From NCBI GenBank assembly GCA_963806535.1, contig CAWDYC010000009.1, positions 96,001 through 160,000 on the forward strand: a stretch of 64,000 nucleotides of DNA, read 5' to 3'. The DNA comes from Candidatus Bathyarchaeota archaeon (GTDB lineage Archaea; Thermoproteota; Bathyarchaeia; Bathyarchaeales; Bathycorpusculaceae). A program made the translations under genes and the position numbers. Shown here piece by piece: positions 9,803 through 19,777 of the stretch. The stretch's first letter is position 1. The number at the start of each line of letters is the position of its first letter. Below the pieces are notes generated by a model, which saw nothing but the letters and a program-made list of their open reading frames with translations, was not told where the DNA came from and did not search any database.

Positions 9803-11068
9803 TTGGTCAGATTGCAGGTCGGATTTTTAGGGGGAGCAAGAGAAGTTGGCAGAATTGGTATAACTGTTAAGTCTCAAAAAAGTAAGGTTGTGTTAGATTA
9901 CGGTGTCATGCTTGATCATGAACCCGGTTTCCCAATGCATGTACCCCCCAAAGAGTTAGATGCAGTTATTTTAACTCATAGTCATCTTGACCATTCGGGA
10001 GCAATACCGATTTTTTACATAAATGACAAAAAACCATTAATCACAAATAAACTTAATTTGGAATTAACACAGGTTCTAATTCAGGATTTTATTCATTTGT
10101 CAAGTTACTATTTGCCTTTTGAATATCTTGAGCTCAATACAATGATGCATAACAGCAGGCATATAGATTTTGGCGTAGAAGAAACCGTCGGCGACATGAA
10201 AGTTAAACTGTTTGACGCAGGTCACACCCCTGGAAGCGCTCAGGTGCAAGTTGAGGCTGATGGTAAAAAGATACTCTTCACCGGCGACTACAATATGGAA
10301 GACAGCAAAATGTTGAAGGGTGCAACAATGGATTACGGCGATTTCGATGCTGTTGTCACTGAGAGCACTTATGCGAGTGAAGATCATACCTTGCGGCCTG
10401 AACTTGAGAAAAGTTTTGTTGAAGCAGCAACCGAAGTGGTTGAGCGAGGCGGCACTGTTTTGGTTCCAGCATTCGGCGTGGGGCGCGCACAAGAGATTGC
10501 TTGTGTTTTGTCAGCTCATCATTTTGAGTATCCCATAGTTTTGGATGGCATGGCTCGGGAAGCTAGCAGAATAATGATGAATTACAAAGAATTCTTGAGA
10601 GATCCCAAACTTTTTATGAATGCTATGCACTCGCTGGACTGGGTTGATGGTTGGAGAGATCGACGCAGAGCAGCAAAAGATCCAGGAGTAGTCATTTCGC
10701 CTGCAGGAATGTTAAAGGGTGGTCCATCACAGTTTTACGTTTCAAAAATAGCTAAGAAAGCAACTAACGCGATTTTTCTTGTTAGTTATCAGATTCCTGG
10801 TACACCTGGCAAACAGTTGATGGATACAGGTGTTACTTTAGTTGATGGAAAAGTGCGTAAAGTTAAGGCGCAATATCGACATTTCGATTTCTCTTCTCAC
10901 TGTGGAGAAAGCCAACTTAAAGAGGGGTTAAGGCGGCTTGGAGGGAAACCCAAAGTCTTCTGTGTTCATGGTGCAGAAGGAAACTGTGAATTGTTTGCGA
11001 ATTGGGCAAAAACGGAACTTGGTTTGGATGCGGTGGCGCCTCGAACTGGAGAAACCTACGAAATATAG
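9803..11068 (+). CDS. Beta-CASP metallo-beta-lactamase ribonuclease (KH-less aCPSF-like)
   Basis: GGAREVGR, THSHLDHSG, AGHTPGS, TGDY, ESTYA, FSSH, VHG. Confidence 0.9.
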   Translation: MVRLQVGFLGGAREVGRIGITVKSQKSKVVLDYGVMLDHEPGFPMHVPPKELDAVILTHSHLDHSGAIPIFYINDKKPLITNKLNLELTQVLIQDFIHLSSYYLPFEYLELNTMMHNSRHIDFGVEETVGDMKVKLFDAGHTPGSAQVQVEADGKKILFTGDYNMEDSKMLKGATMDYGDFDAVVTESTYASEDHTLRPELEKSFVEAATEVVERGGTVLVPAFGVGRAQEIACVLSAHHFEYPIVLDGMAREASRIMMNYKEFLRDPKLFMNAMHSLDWVDGWRDRRRAAKDPGVVISPAGMLKGGPSQFYVSKIAKKATNAIFLVSYQIPGTPGKQLMDTGVTLVDGKVRKVKAQYRHFDFSSHCGESQLKEGLRRLGGKPKVFCVHGAEGNCELFANWAKTELGLDAVAPRTGETYEI

Positions 11069-11097
11069 GTTAGCTATAGCAATTTAAGGTAAGCGAC

Positions 11098-11970
11098 GTG
11101 ACTGAGCAAGAGAAAGAGGATAATTTCAAGTTTCAAATTGTCTATTTGGTTCCTATACTGGCAAGCTTAATTTTCGGTTTAGGATGCGCTTATTTAATTG
11201 CGCCCCACCAAGCTGAGCTTGTTCCTCAATCAACTCCTTTTACCACAGACACGCCAGGAGCGCCTTTTGCTAATGGCCTATATTTTGTCATCCTTCTTGC
11301 AATAAGCGCAAGCATATTTTATATTCTACTTAAGCGAAAAAGCAAAAGAATAATCAAAGCTTTAATCGTAGTTGCAATGTCAACTGCCTCGCTTTTGTTG
11401 TCCTTGGTCTACTTGTTGGCACTATTCTCTAATTTTCCAGCATGGACTATTTACATAGTAATAGCGTTGTCGCTAGTTCTGACGTCATTGTTTGATCTAG
11501 CCATCTTTAGATTTGGCGGAATAGCAAGGAATGCCGCAGTAGTTTGCATTGGAGGTGCTTTAGGTATTTTCTTTGGCAGTTCAATTCTTCAGTTCGGAGG
11601 TTTGTATAGTGTTATTTTAATTTTGGCGTTTTTAGCTGCGTATGACGTTTTTGCAGTCTATAGAGGTCCAGTTGGAAAAATTGCTCAGTCGTCAGGGCTT
11701 GACGAACTTCAAGGTTTAAGCTTTTCATTCAAAGAAATTCAGATGGGACTTGGCGATTTAGTCTTCTATTCAATGCTAATAGGTGTCATATTCTTTAATT
11801 TCACAAGCATACTGCCAACCGTAGTTGCGATCATCGGCATCTTAGCAGGCTCAATCATAACCTTTTTCATGCTTGAGCGAAAAGGCATCTTTCCAGGATT
11901 ACCTTTTCCAATTTTGCTGGGTTTGGCAGGCGGGTTAATTACCGGCTTTCTTATAATTCCCATGCTTTAA
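11098..11970 (+). CDS. Presenilin-family GxGD intramembrane aspartyl protease
   Basis: Multi-TM protein with AYDVFAV, MGLGDLVF and PGLP (PAL-motif variant). Confidence 0.9.
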   Translation: MTEQEKEDNFKFQIVYLVPILASLIFGLGCAYLIAPHQAELVPQSTPFTTDTPGAPFANGLYFVILLAISASIFYILLKRKSKRIIKALIVVAMSTASLLLSLVYLLALFSNFPAWTIYIVIALSLVLTSLFDLAIFRFGGIARNAAVVCIGGALGIFFGSSILQFGGLYSVILILAFLAAYDVFAVYRGPVGKIAQSSGLDELQGLSFSFKEIQMGLGDLVFYSMLIGVIFFNFTSILPTVVAIIGILAGSIITFFMLERKGIFPGLPFPILLGLAGGLITGFLIIPML

Positions 11971-12070
11971 TTTTGCTGCAGTCTCTTTTTGTTATATTTG
12001 AAGTTGTTGAGCAGATTTTTTCTCTGTGTTTTGGGTTGCTTTTTTGATTTAGGCTTTGAATTAGTTGCAG

Positions 12071-12140
12071 GTTGCGTCTAGATTCGTCCCAATTCGTCGT
12101 GAAAAGTCCCATTTCGTCTCAAAAAGTCTAAAAAAGTCCA
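12071..12140. repeat. Seven-unit degenerate tandem array, 10-bp period, invariant GTC
   Basis: gttgcGTCta gattcGTCcc aattcGTCgt gaaaaGTCcc atttcGTCtc aaaaaGTCta aaaaaGTCca. Confidence 0.7.
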
Positions 12141-12240
12141 GAAAACCGTTAATTTGAATCCAAAACTAAATGCATAAAAATTGAATTCTCGTTAAGAAAA
12201 AATTTTAAGGTCGATTGAGTTTATAGAAGCGGTGTTATAA

Positions 12241-13074
12241 ACGGAGAAATCAACGGTCGCAATTGTTAAAGGCGAAAGAGGGCACGAACCAGTTTTCAAA
12301 GCGCTCAACTTCATCGATTACAAATCTTGCCTATCTGGTTACAAAAAAGCCCTCATAAAAGTCAATTTTATAACCACTAAAACATGGGATTCTGGTGCAA
12401 CAACAGACCCCATCGTTGTTGAAGCCATAATAAAAAAGCTCAAAGAGCTGCCTCTTGAAATCTTTGTTGTAGAATCGGACGCTACCATGACTAACGCTGA
12501 CAAAGCCTTCGAGGTCACAGGCATGAAAGAAATGTGTCAACAAAATGGCATAGAATTCCTAAATCTACGATATCAACAAGAGAAAGTCAAGATTCCTATT
12601 CCAGGCTGCGAAACTTTAAGCAGCATCACAGTACCAAAAATAGTGACAGAATCAGCCATAATTAGTGCAGCAAAACTCAAAACTCATATGGCAACCAAAG
12701 TCACTTTGGGAATGAAAAACATGTTTGGTCTTATGCCCGACAAGTTTAAGGCAAAATATCATGCTAAAGGCATAAGCAGTGTCGTAGTTGACATCAACTC
12801 GGTAATCAAACCTACTTTAACTGTTATTGATGGGTTTGTTGCTATGGAAGGCAGAGGACCAACCGACGGCACACCAGTCAAAATGGATTTGATAATTGCA
12901 GGAAAAGATGTAGTCGCCACAGACGCAACCGCAGCCAGAATCATGGGATTTGACCCTAAAGAAATCAGTCACATTCGACGAGCGGGCGAGAAAGGCTTAG
13001 GAAACATTGATAATATAGAAATCGTGGGTTCAAAACTGGAAGACGTAAGAAAAGTGTTTAAGAGAAGCAGATAA
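12241..13074 (+). CDS. DUF362-family protein
   Basis: Frame opens at 12241 (LIKVNF, ATTDP, VVESD) and runs into KLKTH, TLGMKN, IDG.VAMEGRGP, D.VATD; first codon is ACG after a GGTG SD-like motif. Confidence 0.85.
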   Translation, partial: TEKSTVAIVKGERGHEPVFKALNFIDYKSCLSGYKKALIKVNFITTKTWDSGATTDPIVVEAIIKKLKELPLEIFVVESDATMTNADKAFEVTGMKEMCQQNGIEFLNLRYQQEKVKIPIPGCETLSSITVPKIVTESAIISAAKLKTHMATKVTLGMKNMFGLMPDKFKAKYHAKGISSVVVDINSVIKPTLTVIDGFVAMEGRGPTDGTPVKMDLIIAGKDVVATDATAARIMGFDPKEISHIRRAGEKGLGNIDNIEIVGSKLEDVRKVFKRSR

Positions 13075-13214
13075 TTGCTAAGTTTCAACATTTTCAGCGC
13101 CAATTTCTTATGAAGACGTTAGTGCCAAAGTTGGTTCAAAGTCAGAACGGAGTAGGGTTTTGGAGTAGTAAAGAAATAAATCATTAAGTTACCATTCTTA
13201 TTTGTGGTGTTTTC

Positions 13215-13385
13215 ATGGTTGTTGATGTTGTTTGCGGCATGGAAATGAACGAGAAAACAACAAAATGGAAAACTGAGTATAAAGGCAAAACATATTATTT
13301 CTGTGGACCAATGTGCAAACTGGAATTCGATGAAAATCCACTGAAGTATTTGCCAACGGATAGCGAAACAAAAATGGACAAATGA
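13215..13385 (+). CDS. YHS-domain protein (56 aa, not in ORF track)
   Basis: MVVDVVCGMEMNEKTTKWKTEYKGKTYYFCGPMCKLEFDENPLKYL; GGTG SD. Confidence 0.9.
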   Translation: MVVDVVCGMEMNEKTTKWKTEYKGKTYYFCGPMCKLEFDENPLKYLPTDSETKMDK

Positions 13386-13469
13386 TTAGAAAAACGTATT
13401 TTGTTATTGTTTTTACACAATCACAAGTCCTTAATACGTACATTTTTGTTTAATTTCTCTTGTGATTTT

Positions 13470-14006
13470 ATGTCAGCAAGTTCATCTCTCAAATTAGCCA
13501 TGCGTAGACTATGGATGGACCACACTGTATACACTCGACTATATATCGTCTCAGCGATCGCTCAAATTCCGGATGCACAAACAGTTGCAGGCAGGTTGCT
13601 TAGGAACCAAGAAGACATTGGAAACGCTATTGTTCCCTATTATGGACAGGATGCAGGCAAGAAACTTACAGAATTGTTAAAACAGCACATCATGATAGCT
13701 ACTGAAGTTGTCGCGGCTGCGATGTCTGGCGATCAAAAGATATTCGCTGAAAGCGACAAAAAATGGGTTGCAAATGCGGATGATATTGCAGCTTTTTTGA
13801 GTTCAGCTAATCCAAACTGGCCAAAGAAGGATGTCGCTGATCTTCTGCATCTCCACCTGCAACTGATCAGAGAATTCGTCACAGCCAGACTAGCCAAAAA
13901 TTATGTCGAAGACATCAAAAAACTCGATGAATACTTTACCGAAGGCATGCTGATTGCAGATACTCTTTCCGAAGGCGTAATCAAACAATTCCCCAACAAA
14001 TTCTAA
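13470..14006 (+). CDS. Conserved all-helical protein with spaced His residues, function unknown
   Basis: RRLWMDH, RLLRNQEDIG, PYYG, LLKQH, WVANADDIA, HLHL, KQFP. Confidence 0.75.
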   Translation: MSASSSLKLAMRRLWMDHTVYTRLYIVSAIAQIPDAQTVAGRLLRNQEDIGNAIVPYYGQDAGKKLTELLKQHIMIATEVVAAAMSGDQKIFAESDKKWVANADDIAAFLSSANPNWPKKDVADLLHLHLQLIREFVTARLAKNYVEDIKKLDEYFTEGMLIADTLSEGVIKQFPNKF

Positions 14007-14021
14007 AGAAGATTACGGCCT

Positions 14022-14573
14022 TTGTCCCTTTTTTCTGTAACTTATCCTTTTGAACTTGGGCAAAAAGCACCCTCCTTTGAAAACCTCCAAGGTATAGATG
14101 GCAAACAATATTCGTCCTCATCGTTCAATGACAAAAAGATTGTTGTTCTAATTTTCATTGCTAATCGCTGTCCAACTGCTCGAGTTTACACTGACCGATT
14201 AAAATCGATCCAGAAAGAATATGGAAACCGAGGAGTACAACTTGTTGCTATAAACTCCGATAATCAATTCTTTGTTCCATTGGAGAAACTCTCCAACATG
14301 ATAGAAGTAGCGGTAGAAAGAGAATATAATTTTCCATACCTAAAGGATGCAGATCAAAGTGTAGCCAAGAAGTTTGGTGCATTAGTTACCCTTCACGCGT
14401 TTGTGCTTGATAACGAACGGCGACTTAGATACAGAGGAAGAATTGATGATTCACGCGACCCCAGTAGGGTAACAACCCCCGACCTTCAAAATGCTTTAGA
14501 TGACTTGCTTGAGGGCAGAGAGGTAAGAACTCCAGAAACAAGGCCATTCGCGTGTTCGATTGAATACTTCTAA
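14022..14573 (+). CDS. Peroxiredoxin-like thioredoxin-fold (AhpC/TSA) protein
   Basis: ANRCP, AINSD, FPYLKD, YRGRIDD, C-terminal ACSI. Confidence 0.88.
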   Translation: MSLFSVTYPFELGQKAPSFENLQGIDGKQYSSSSFNDKKIVVLIFIANRCPTARVYTDRLKSIQKEYGNRGVQLVAINSDNQFFVPLEKLSNMIEVAVEREYNFPYLKDADQSVAKKFGALVTLHAFVLDNERRLRYRGRIDDSRDPSRVTTPDLQNALDDLLEGREVRTPETRPFACSIEYF

Positions 14574-14648
14574 GAATCGAAATGTCGTCTAAAGCCCCAT
14601 TAATAATAGGCTTGCTCAAAATGAGATATCTCATCTAAAGGTGATTAA

Positions 14649-15392
14649 ATGAATACTCTGCCAATTTTTCTTTCGGCAATTATCGCATTTTCAGCAACTC
14701 TATCCTCAGGAATATTTGTTAAGAAATATGAAAAACACATCGGAGTTGTTTGCGCTCTCTCGGCTGGTTTCTTTATCGGGATTTCACTTCTTAACCTCAT
14801 ACCTGAAATATTTGCGCTGTCACCTCAAGCCGTCGCATTCTATTTTGAGCCCCTGTTAACAGGCATGGCAGGATTCTTTTTTCTTTTAGTTTTAGATCGT
14901 GGCTTTTTCAAAACAGGTCATACAAATCATAAAGATTTGAAAAGAAACATTCGACCCACAATTGGAGTAATGTCTACTTTGGAATTTTGTTCCCATGGTT
15001 TTTTAGAAGGGCTTGCGATTGGCGTAAGCTTCCAGTTTCAATTTAGTTTAGGTTTAGTAGTGGCTGTGGCTGTAATTTCTCATGACTTTTGTGATGGTTT
15101 AAGCACATTAGCGCTTATGCTAAATTCAGGTAACTCTTTGAAATCGTCGATGAGTCTTTTATTGGTCGATGCGATTGCGCCAGTTCTTGGGGTTGCCACA
15201 TCTTTATTTTTCATCGTCCAGAATTATTTCTTAATATTTGTTTTCTCTTTTTTGGCCGGCAGCTTCCTTTACATTGGAGGAGGCAAACTCTTTCCTGATG
15301 CCTATCGAATGAACAAGCCATTTAACACTATAATTCTTTTTCTGCTCGGTTTCACTTTAGTTTTTTTACTATCAAGAATTGCGAATCTCTAA
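14649..15392 (+). CDS. ZIP-family divalent metal transporter
   Basis: Multiple TMs; HGFLEG and SHDFCDG metal-site motifs. Confidence 0.88.
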   Translation: MNTLPIFLSAIIAFSATLSSGIFVKKYEKHIGVVCALSAGFFIGISLLNLIPEIFALSPQAVAFYFEPLLTGMAGFFFLLVLDRGFFKTGHTNHKDLKRNIRPTIGVMSTLEFCSHGFLEGLAIGVSFQFQFSLGLVVAVAVISHDFCDGLSTLALMLNSGNSLKSSMSLLLVDAIAPVLGVATSLFFIVQNYFLIFVFSFLAGSFLYIGGGKLFPDAYRMNKPFNTIILFLLGFTLVFLLSRIANL

Positions 15393-15457
15393 AATTTCAA
15401 TTTAATTTAAGAATTCTAGTTCGTAAAAAGAAGAAAGAAAATTGGCCTTTTTCATGC

Positions 15458-15733
15458 TTAAGCTACTGCAGTCAAGAAAACAGTGTTTTTCCTTGTTTTG
15501 GTCGATGGAACAACAGTTGCGCCATATCTGGATCCAGGCCTGCTGGCTTCTCTGTGGCTTTTGCGGCATTGTACACCCATTGTCTTTTTGTCTTTCGAGA
15601 CCCAAACTACACAGCCGATGGTTCTGCATTCAGGACACATTCTGTGGTCACCGACATTAACAATCGGTTGAATTAGTTTATTTTCACTTTGAGCCGACGC
15701 TCCGCTCTTGATGTACAAAGTTTTTAACCCCAT
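15458..15733 (-). CDS. Small putative zinc-binding protein
   Basis: CPEC...CxxxH motif; TTTATAAG TATA-like box ~90 nt upstream. Confidence 0.6.
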   Translation of the reverse strand: MGLKTLYIKSGASAQSENKLIQPIVNVGDHRMCPECRTIGCVVWVSKDKKTMGVQCRKSHREASRPGSRYGATVVPSTKTRKNTVFLTAVA

Positions 15734-15867
15734 TTTTTTCTTCGAAAAGAATCAGTGACTCAATAGGGTCAGCCCAGAGAACAAAAGAAGCTCTTCGCTT
15801 ACAAGAAAGTGAGACCTCGCTTATAAACCAAGCAAAAATAAATTACACTCCGTGCGGTTTTTCCAAG

Positions 15868-17283
15868 TTAGTTTTCGTGTTCGGTTCGGTTTTCTTTTCC
15901 ACGGGTTGCCGAAAGAACAGCTGCCACTATTAAGATGGCTATGGAAGCGTAGAGTGCAGATTGTATGCCTGTGATGAAAGATGAGCTTAAGCCGCCTGAA
16001 AGTTTCACTGTACTTATGAATACTTGGAAAGCTAGTTGCCGTGGAATCGAAGCCGAAGCAACGGTTATTGCAACTACGAAGCTTCCCATAATACCGACAT
16101 TCTGCAACGTTCTAAGCAAACCGGAGATGCTGCCGTAGTTGCCTTGTCTTGCTTTTGCCATGACGGCTGAGTTGTTGGCAGGGAAAAACATGGCTGTGCC
16201 AAAACCCGATACAGCCGATGCAATAATAATTATGTAGACTGATGAGTTTTGGCTGATTGCCGTGAAGATTAATGTTGCTGCGGCTAGACACATGATGCCT
16301 AAGGTGGCTATTGTTCGGGCGCCTATCTTGTCTGAATGCCTGCCCATTACAGGGGCAAAGAAGCTTCCAATAACATAGCCAGGTATCAGAAGAAGAGATG
16401 CATTTAGAGGCGAAAAGCCTCGGACACCTTGAAGATACATTATTATTAGAAATACAACGGAGATGTACCCGACGCTAACGAAGAACGTGGCTAAGCAGGA
16501 GTTCCTTAAGACTCTGTCTTTGAAGGCTGAGAAGTCAACCATTGGTGTTTCCAAACGGTTTTCATATGCGATGAATATTGGAACCAGGAAGGCACCAAGA
16601 ATCAGCGAAATTGCGTTTGAAATTCCTATTCCTTGCGATGCTAAGGTGGTTGCGCCGTAAGAGATGAGAAGCAGGCTTGTTGCTAGGAGAACCATTCCGC
16701 CAATATCGAGTTTTGCTTTTACTTTGGGAGCGGGTTTAAGATATTTGAATCCAAGGATTAAGGCGATTGTGCCTATGGGGATGTTTATGAAGAAAATGAA
16801 TTGCCAGCCAACAAAGGTTGTGACTATTCCGCCTAAGACAATGCCGAGCATTGAGCCGATTGTCCAGCCTAGCGAGCTAAATCCGTAAGCTTTGCCACGG
16901 GCGTTCGGCGGGAAAGTGTCGGCTATTATGGCTCCGCTGTTGGACTGCATTAATGCGCCTCCCAATGCCTGCACTACTCGGGAGCCGATCAGAAAGTAAA
17001 TGTTTGGTGAAAAACCGCAGAGCGCAGAGCCGACTGTGAAGATGCCGAAGCCGGCGTTGAACATAGTGGTTCGTCCGTAGATGTCGCCTATTCGTCCAAG
17101 CTGGGTTGTGGTAACGGCGATTACCAGGAGGTAAGTTAGGATTATCCAGATGGTTGTGATGAAGTCTGAGCGTAAACCATCAGTTATCGCAGGAAAAGCG
17201 AGCAAAACGATGGTGCTGTCTAGGGCACCCATCAAAGTGCCGAGAACAACGATAACCAGAATGATGCTCTGACTTTTCACCAT
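15868..17283 (-). CDS. MFS transporter, DHA2/EmrB-QacA type
   Basis: LDSTIV, GRIGDIYGR, WQFIFFINIP; ~14 TMs. Confidence 0.92.
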   Translation of the reverse strand: MVKSQSIILVIVVLGTLMGALDSTIVLLAFPAITDGLRSDFITTIWIILTYLLVIAVTTTQLGRIGDIYGRTTMFNAGFGIFTVGSALCGFSPNIYFLIGSRVVQALGGALMQSNSGAIIADTFPPNARGKAYGFSSLGWTIGSMLGIVLGGIVTTFVGWQFIFFINIPIGTIALILGFKYLKPAPKVKAKLDIGGMVLLATSLLLISYGATTLASQGIGISNAISLILGAFLVPIFIAYENRLETPMVDFSAFKDRVLRNSCLATFFVSVGYISVVFLIIMYLQGVRGFSPLNASLLLIPGYVIGSFFAPVMGRHSDKIGARTIATLGIMCLAAATLIFTAISQNSSVYIIIIASAVSGFGTAMFFPANNSAVMAKARQGNYGSISGLLRTLQNVGIMGSFVVAITVASASIPRQLAFQVFISTVKLSGGLSSSFITGIQSALYASIAILIVAAVLSATRGKENRTEHEN

Positions 17284-17618
17284 AAGCTCCTACGGATGGA
17301 AAGAACGGCTTTTTATGGTTTTACCCATATTTGCAAAGCTTCGGCGTTTTACCTCTGAGTCAAACTTAAACCTCACGTTTTTCTGGAAATAAAAATTCTC
17401 CATCATCGACGATCAGTGTTACTTAATTGTAATTAAAAGAAGAACAAAGACAGCCATTTTGCTAGTGTTGTTCTTCTTTCAAATAATGTTGCGACAATGG
17501 GAATAATGCCTTAAATTAGCTTACAATTTCAAAACAGAAACAGATTTGAAAACTACAAGCTTCTTAATTTGCGGGAAAGGTTTATTTTGTTGCATCTCTG
17601 TATGATGTGAAATTGCAG

Positions 17619-17664
17619 GCGGACAACATGTCCGTTGGGATGTGGTCCCTTCGGGGACTGAACC
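17619..17664 (+). ncRNA. Structured 5' leader of rpl15e (candidate ribosomal-protein leader)
   Basis: GCGGAC/GTCCGT hairpin, then GTCCC-TTCG-GGGAC tetraloop hairpin flanked by GGGATGT and CTGA. Confidence 0.6.
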
Positions 17665-17701
17665 GTAAGCAAAGAATACATTCAGGAGGAAAAATGAAAA
17701 A

Positions 17702-18296
17702 ATGGCATATAAGTACATAGCGGAAGAATGGTCTGCCCCAGAAAAATCCTTCGTTGAAGAACTCATGCGCGAAAGATTAGTGCAATGGCGAAAACAGCCA
17801 TCGACAATGCGTATTGAACATCCAACAAGGCTTGACAGGGCAAGAAAACTAGGCTACAAAGCCAAACAAGGCTTCGTAATGGCCACGGACAAAAGTCCGA
17901 AGAGGCAACTTAAGAAAATTACGTCCACGATCAGGCAGACGACCCAAACGTATGGGAGTCGCCAAATTCAAACCTGGCAAAAGTCTAAAACTTATTGCTG
18001 AAGAACGTACAGCAAGACATTTTCCAAACATGGAAGTTTTAAACAGTTACTGGGTAGGCGAAGACGGAAAACACAAATGGTTTGAAGTCATACTGGTAGA
18101 TCCAAAGGCTCCAGGCATAAAAACAGACAAAGACATCAACTGGATAACTGAGAGACAACATACAAGCAGAGTCTTCAGAAGCATGACAAGTGCAGGCAAA
18201 AACGTCAGAGGCTTACATCATCGCGGAAGAGGCTCAGAAAAAGCAAGACCAAGCCATCAAAGAGGCGCAAGATATCCAGAAAAACAGAGATGGTAA
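17702..18296 (+). CDS. rpl15e: 50S ribosomal protein L15e (frameshift ~17890)
   Basis: [17 protein letters not shown] and IAEER...[24 protein letters not shown]. Confidence 0.95.
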
Positions 18297-18299
18297 AAT

Positions 18300-18572
18300 A
18301 TGCATCACATGAAAGCAGTAATAACTAAACAAAACGGCAAACAAAGCATCGGAAGAGGATTCAGCCTAAACGAACTTAAAGAAGCAGGCTTAAACAAGCA
18401 AGACGCCAAAAAAATCGGCATACCACTCGACATCAAACGCAAATCGTTACATGATGAAAACGTCGCATGCATAAAAGCACATGCAGAAAAAGCCAAAGCA
18501 GAAGCAGCCGCAAAACCAAAACCAGAAACACCCGTAGCCGAAACTAAGCCAAAGAAAAAAGCTAAAAGCTAG
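18300..18572 (+). CDS. rpl13e: 50S ribosomal protein L13e
   Basis: [14 protein letters not shown]...[15 protein letters not shown]. Confidence 0.9.
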   Translation: MHHMKAVITKQNGKQSIGRGFSLNELKEAGLNKQDAKKIGIPLDIKRKSLHDENVACIKAHAEKAKAEAAAKPKPETPVAETKPKKKAKS

Positions 18573-18597
18573 AAGCCCAAAGACAAAACGGTAACCA

Positions 18598-19045
18598 ATG
18601 TCTTCTAAACCGCCAATAGGATACATAGATATTCGGGTCTTCGCACACGCAACTGAAGACACCGAAAAAGTCGAAACCGCCGTCAGAAACCTGCTGCCAA
18701 CCGAACTGGCAGAAACCCTTATTTTTCAAAAAACAAGTTTAACGGGGCATCATGGAAACCCCATTATTCTTTTTACAGCTCAATTAACAGATAAAAAAAC
18801 GCTTCCAGCAGCCCTCCAAAAAATTGGTTCAGGCTTAAATTCACTTGACAAAGAAGAATTATGCCGCGACTTGAAACTGCATTTGGAGAAGCGAAACTTG
18901 TACCTCAGATTTGATAAACAAGCTGCTTTTTTGGGAACCATAAAGTTTACGCAAAACGACCCTATCCACTTCAAAATCCATTTTAAAAATAAAACACCAG
19001 AAGAAATAACTGAGATTTGTACAAACTACTGGGTTGCTGCTATGA
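18598..19045 (+). CDS. RNA-binding domain protein of the RNase P/exosome neighbourhood (DUF54-like)
   Basis: HATED, GHHGNPI, LYLRFDKQAA; apparent fusion with Rpp30 N-terminus is likely an indel artefact. Confidence 0.8.
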
Positions 19046-19777
19046 CACGAGTTTTCGCCGATTTGCATTTACGCGTTAACCCCAAAGACGAACAGGCAAC
19101 ACAGCAACTAATCAACCGTGCTGCACGTTTCGGCTACAGCCTAATTTCTATTCCATTCACTTCGCCATGCGCGAGGAAGAATTAGCCAAACTCAAAGCCA
19201 GTCTGCAAAGAGGCAGGCGTAGATTTTGTTTCACGCGCGGATTTTCATCCCAGAACAGAAAACGACTTAACCCATTTCCTGCGCAAATTCAGACGCCGAT
19301 TCGAAGTCATATGCATCACATGCGACACCAAAGAAGTGGCTAGGCAAGCGGCAAAAGACAGACGCGTTGACCTTCTAAGTTTTCCAAGTTTAGACTATCA
19401 TAAGCGGTTTTTTGACCGCGCAGAAGCCGAATTGGCAAGTGGCAGCTTAGCCGCCCTAGAAGTAGATGTTAAACCGCTTTTGGTTTTGGAGGGCCCATCA
19501 CGGGTTAGGATGCTTATGAGTTTGCGCCGTGAAGTTGCTGTTGCAAGGGAGTTTAAGGTGCCTGTTGTGGTTTCCAGCGGTGTTGGTGAGGAGAAATTTA
19601 TGCGGTTTCCAAGAGATATGGCAAGTCTAGCTTACACGTTTGGGTTGGATGAGGCTTCAGGTCTTGACGCTGTTTCAACTAATCCAACGGCAATTGTCAA
19701 GCGTAACCGCGAAAAACTTAGCAGCCGATTTGTGGCTCCAGGCATAAGCAATTGTAAAGGAGGGCAAGACTTCTTGA
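19042..19777 (+). CDS. rnp3: RNase P protein Rpp30 (frameshifted)
   Basis: FADLHL start; ARQAAKDRRVDLL, VVSSG, PRD, STNP motifs; context. Confidence 0.85.
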
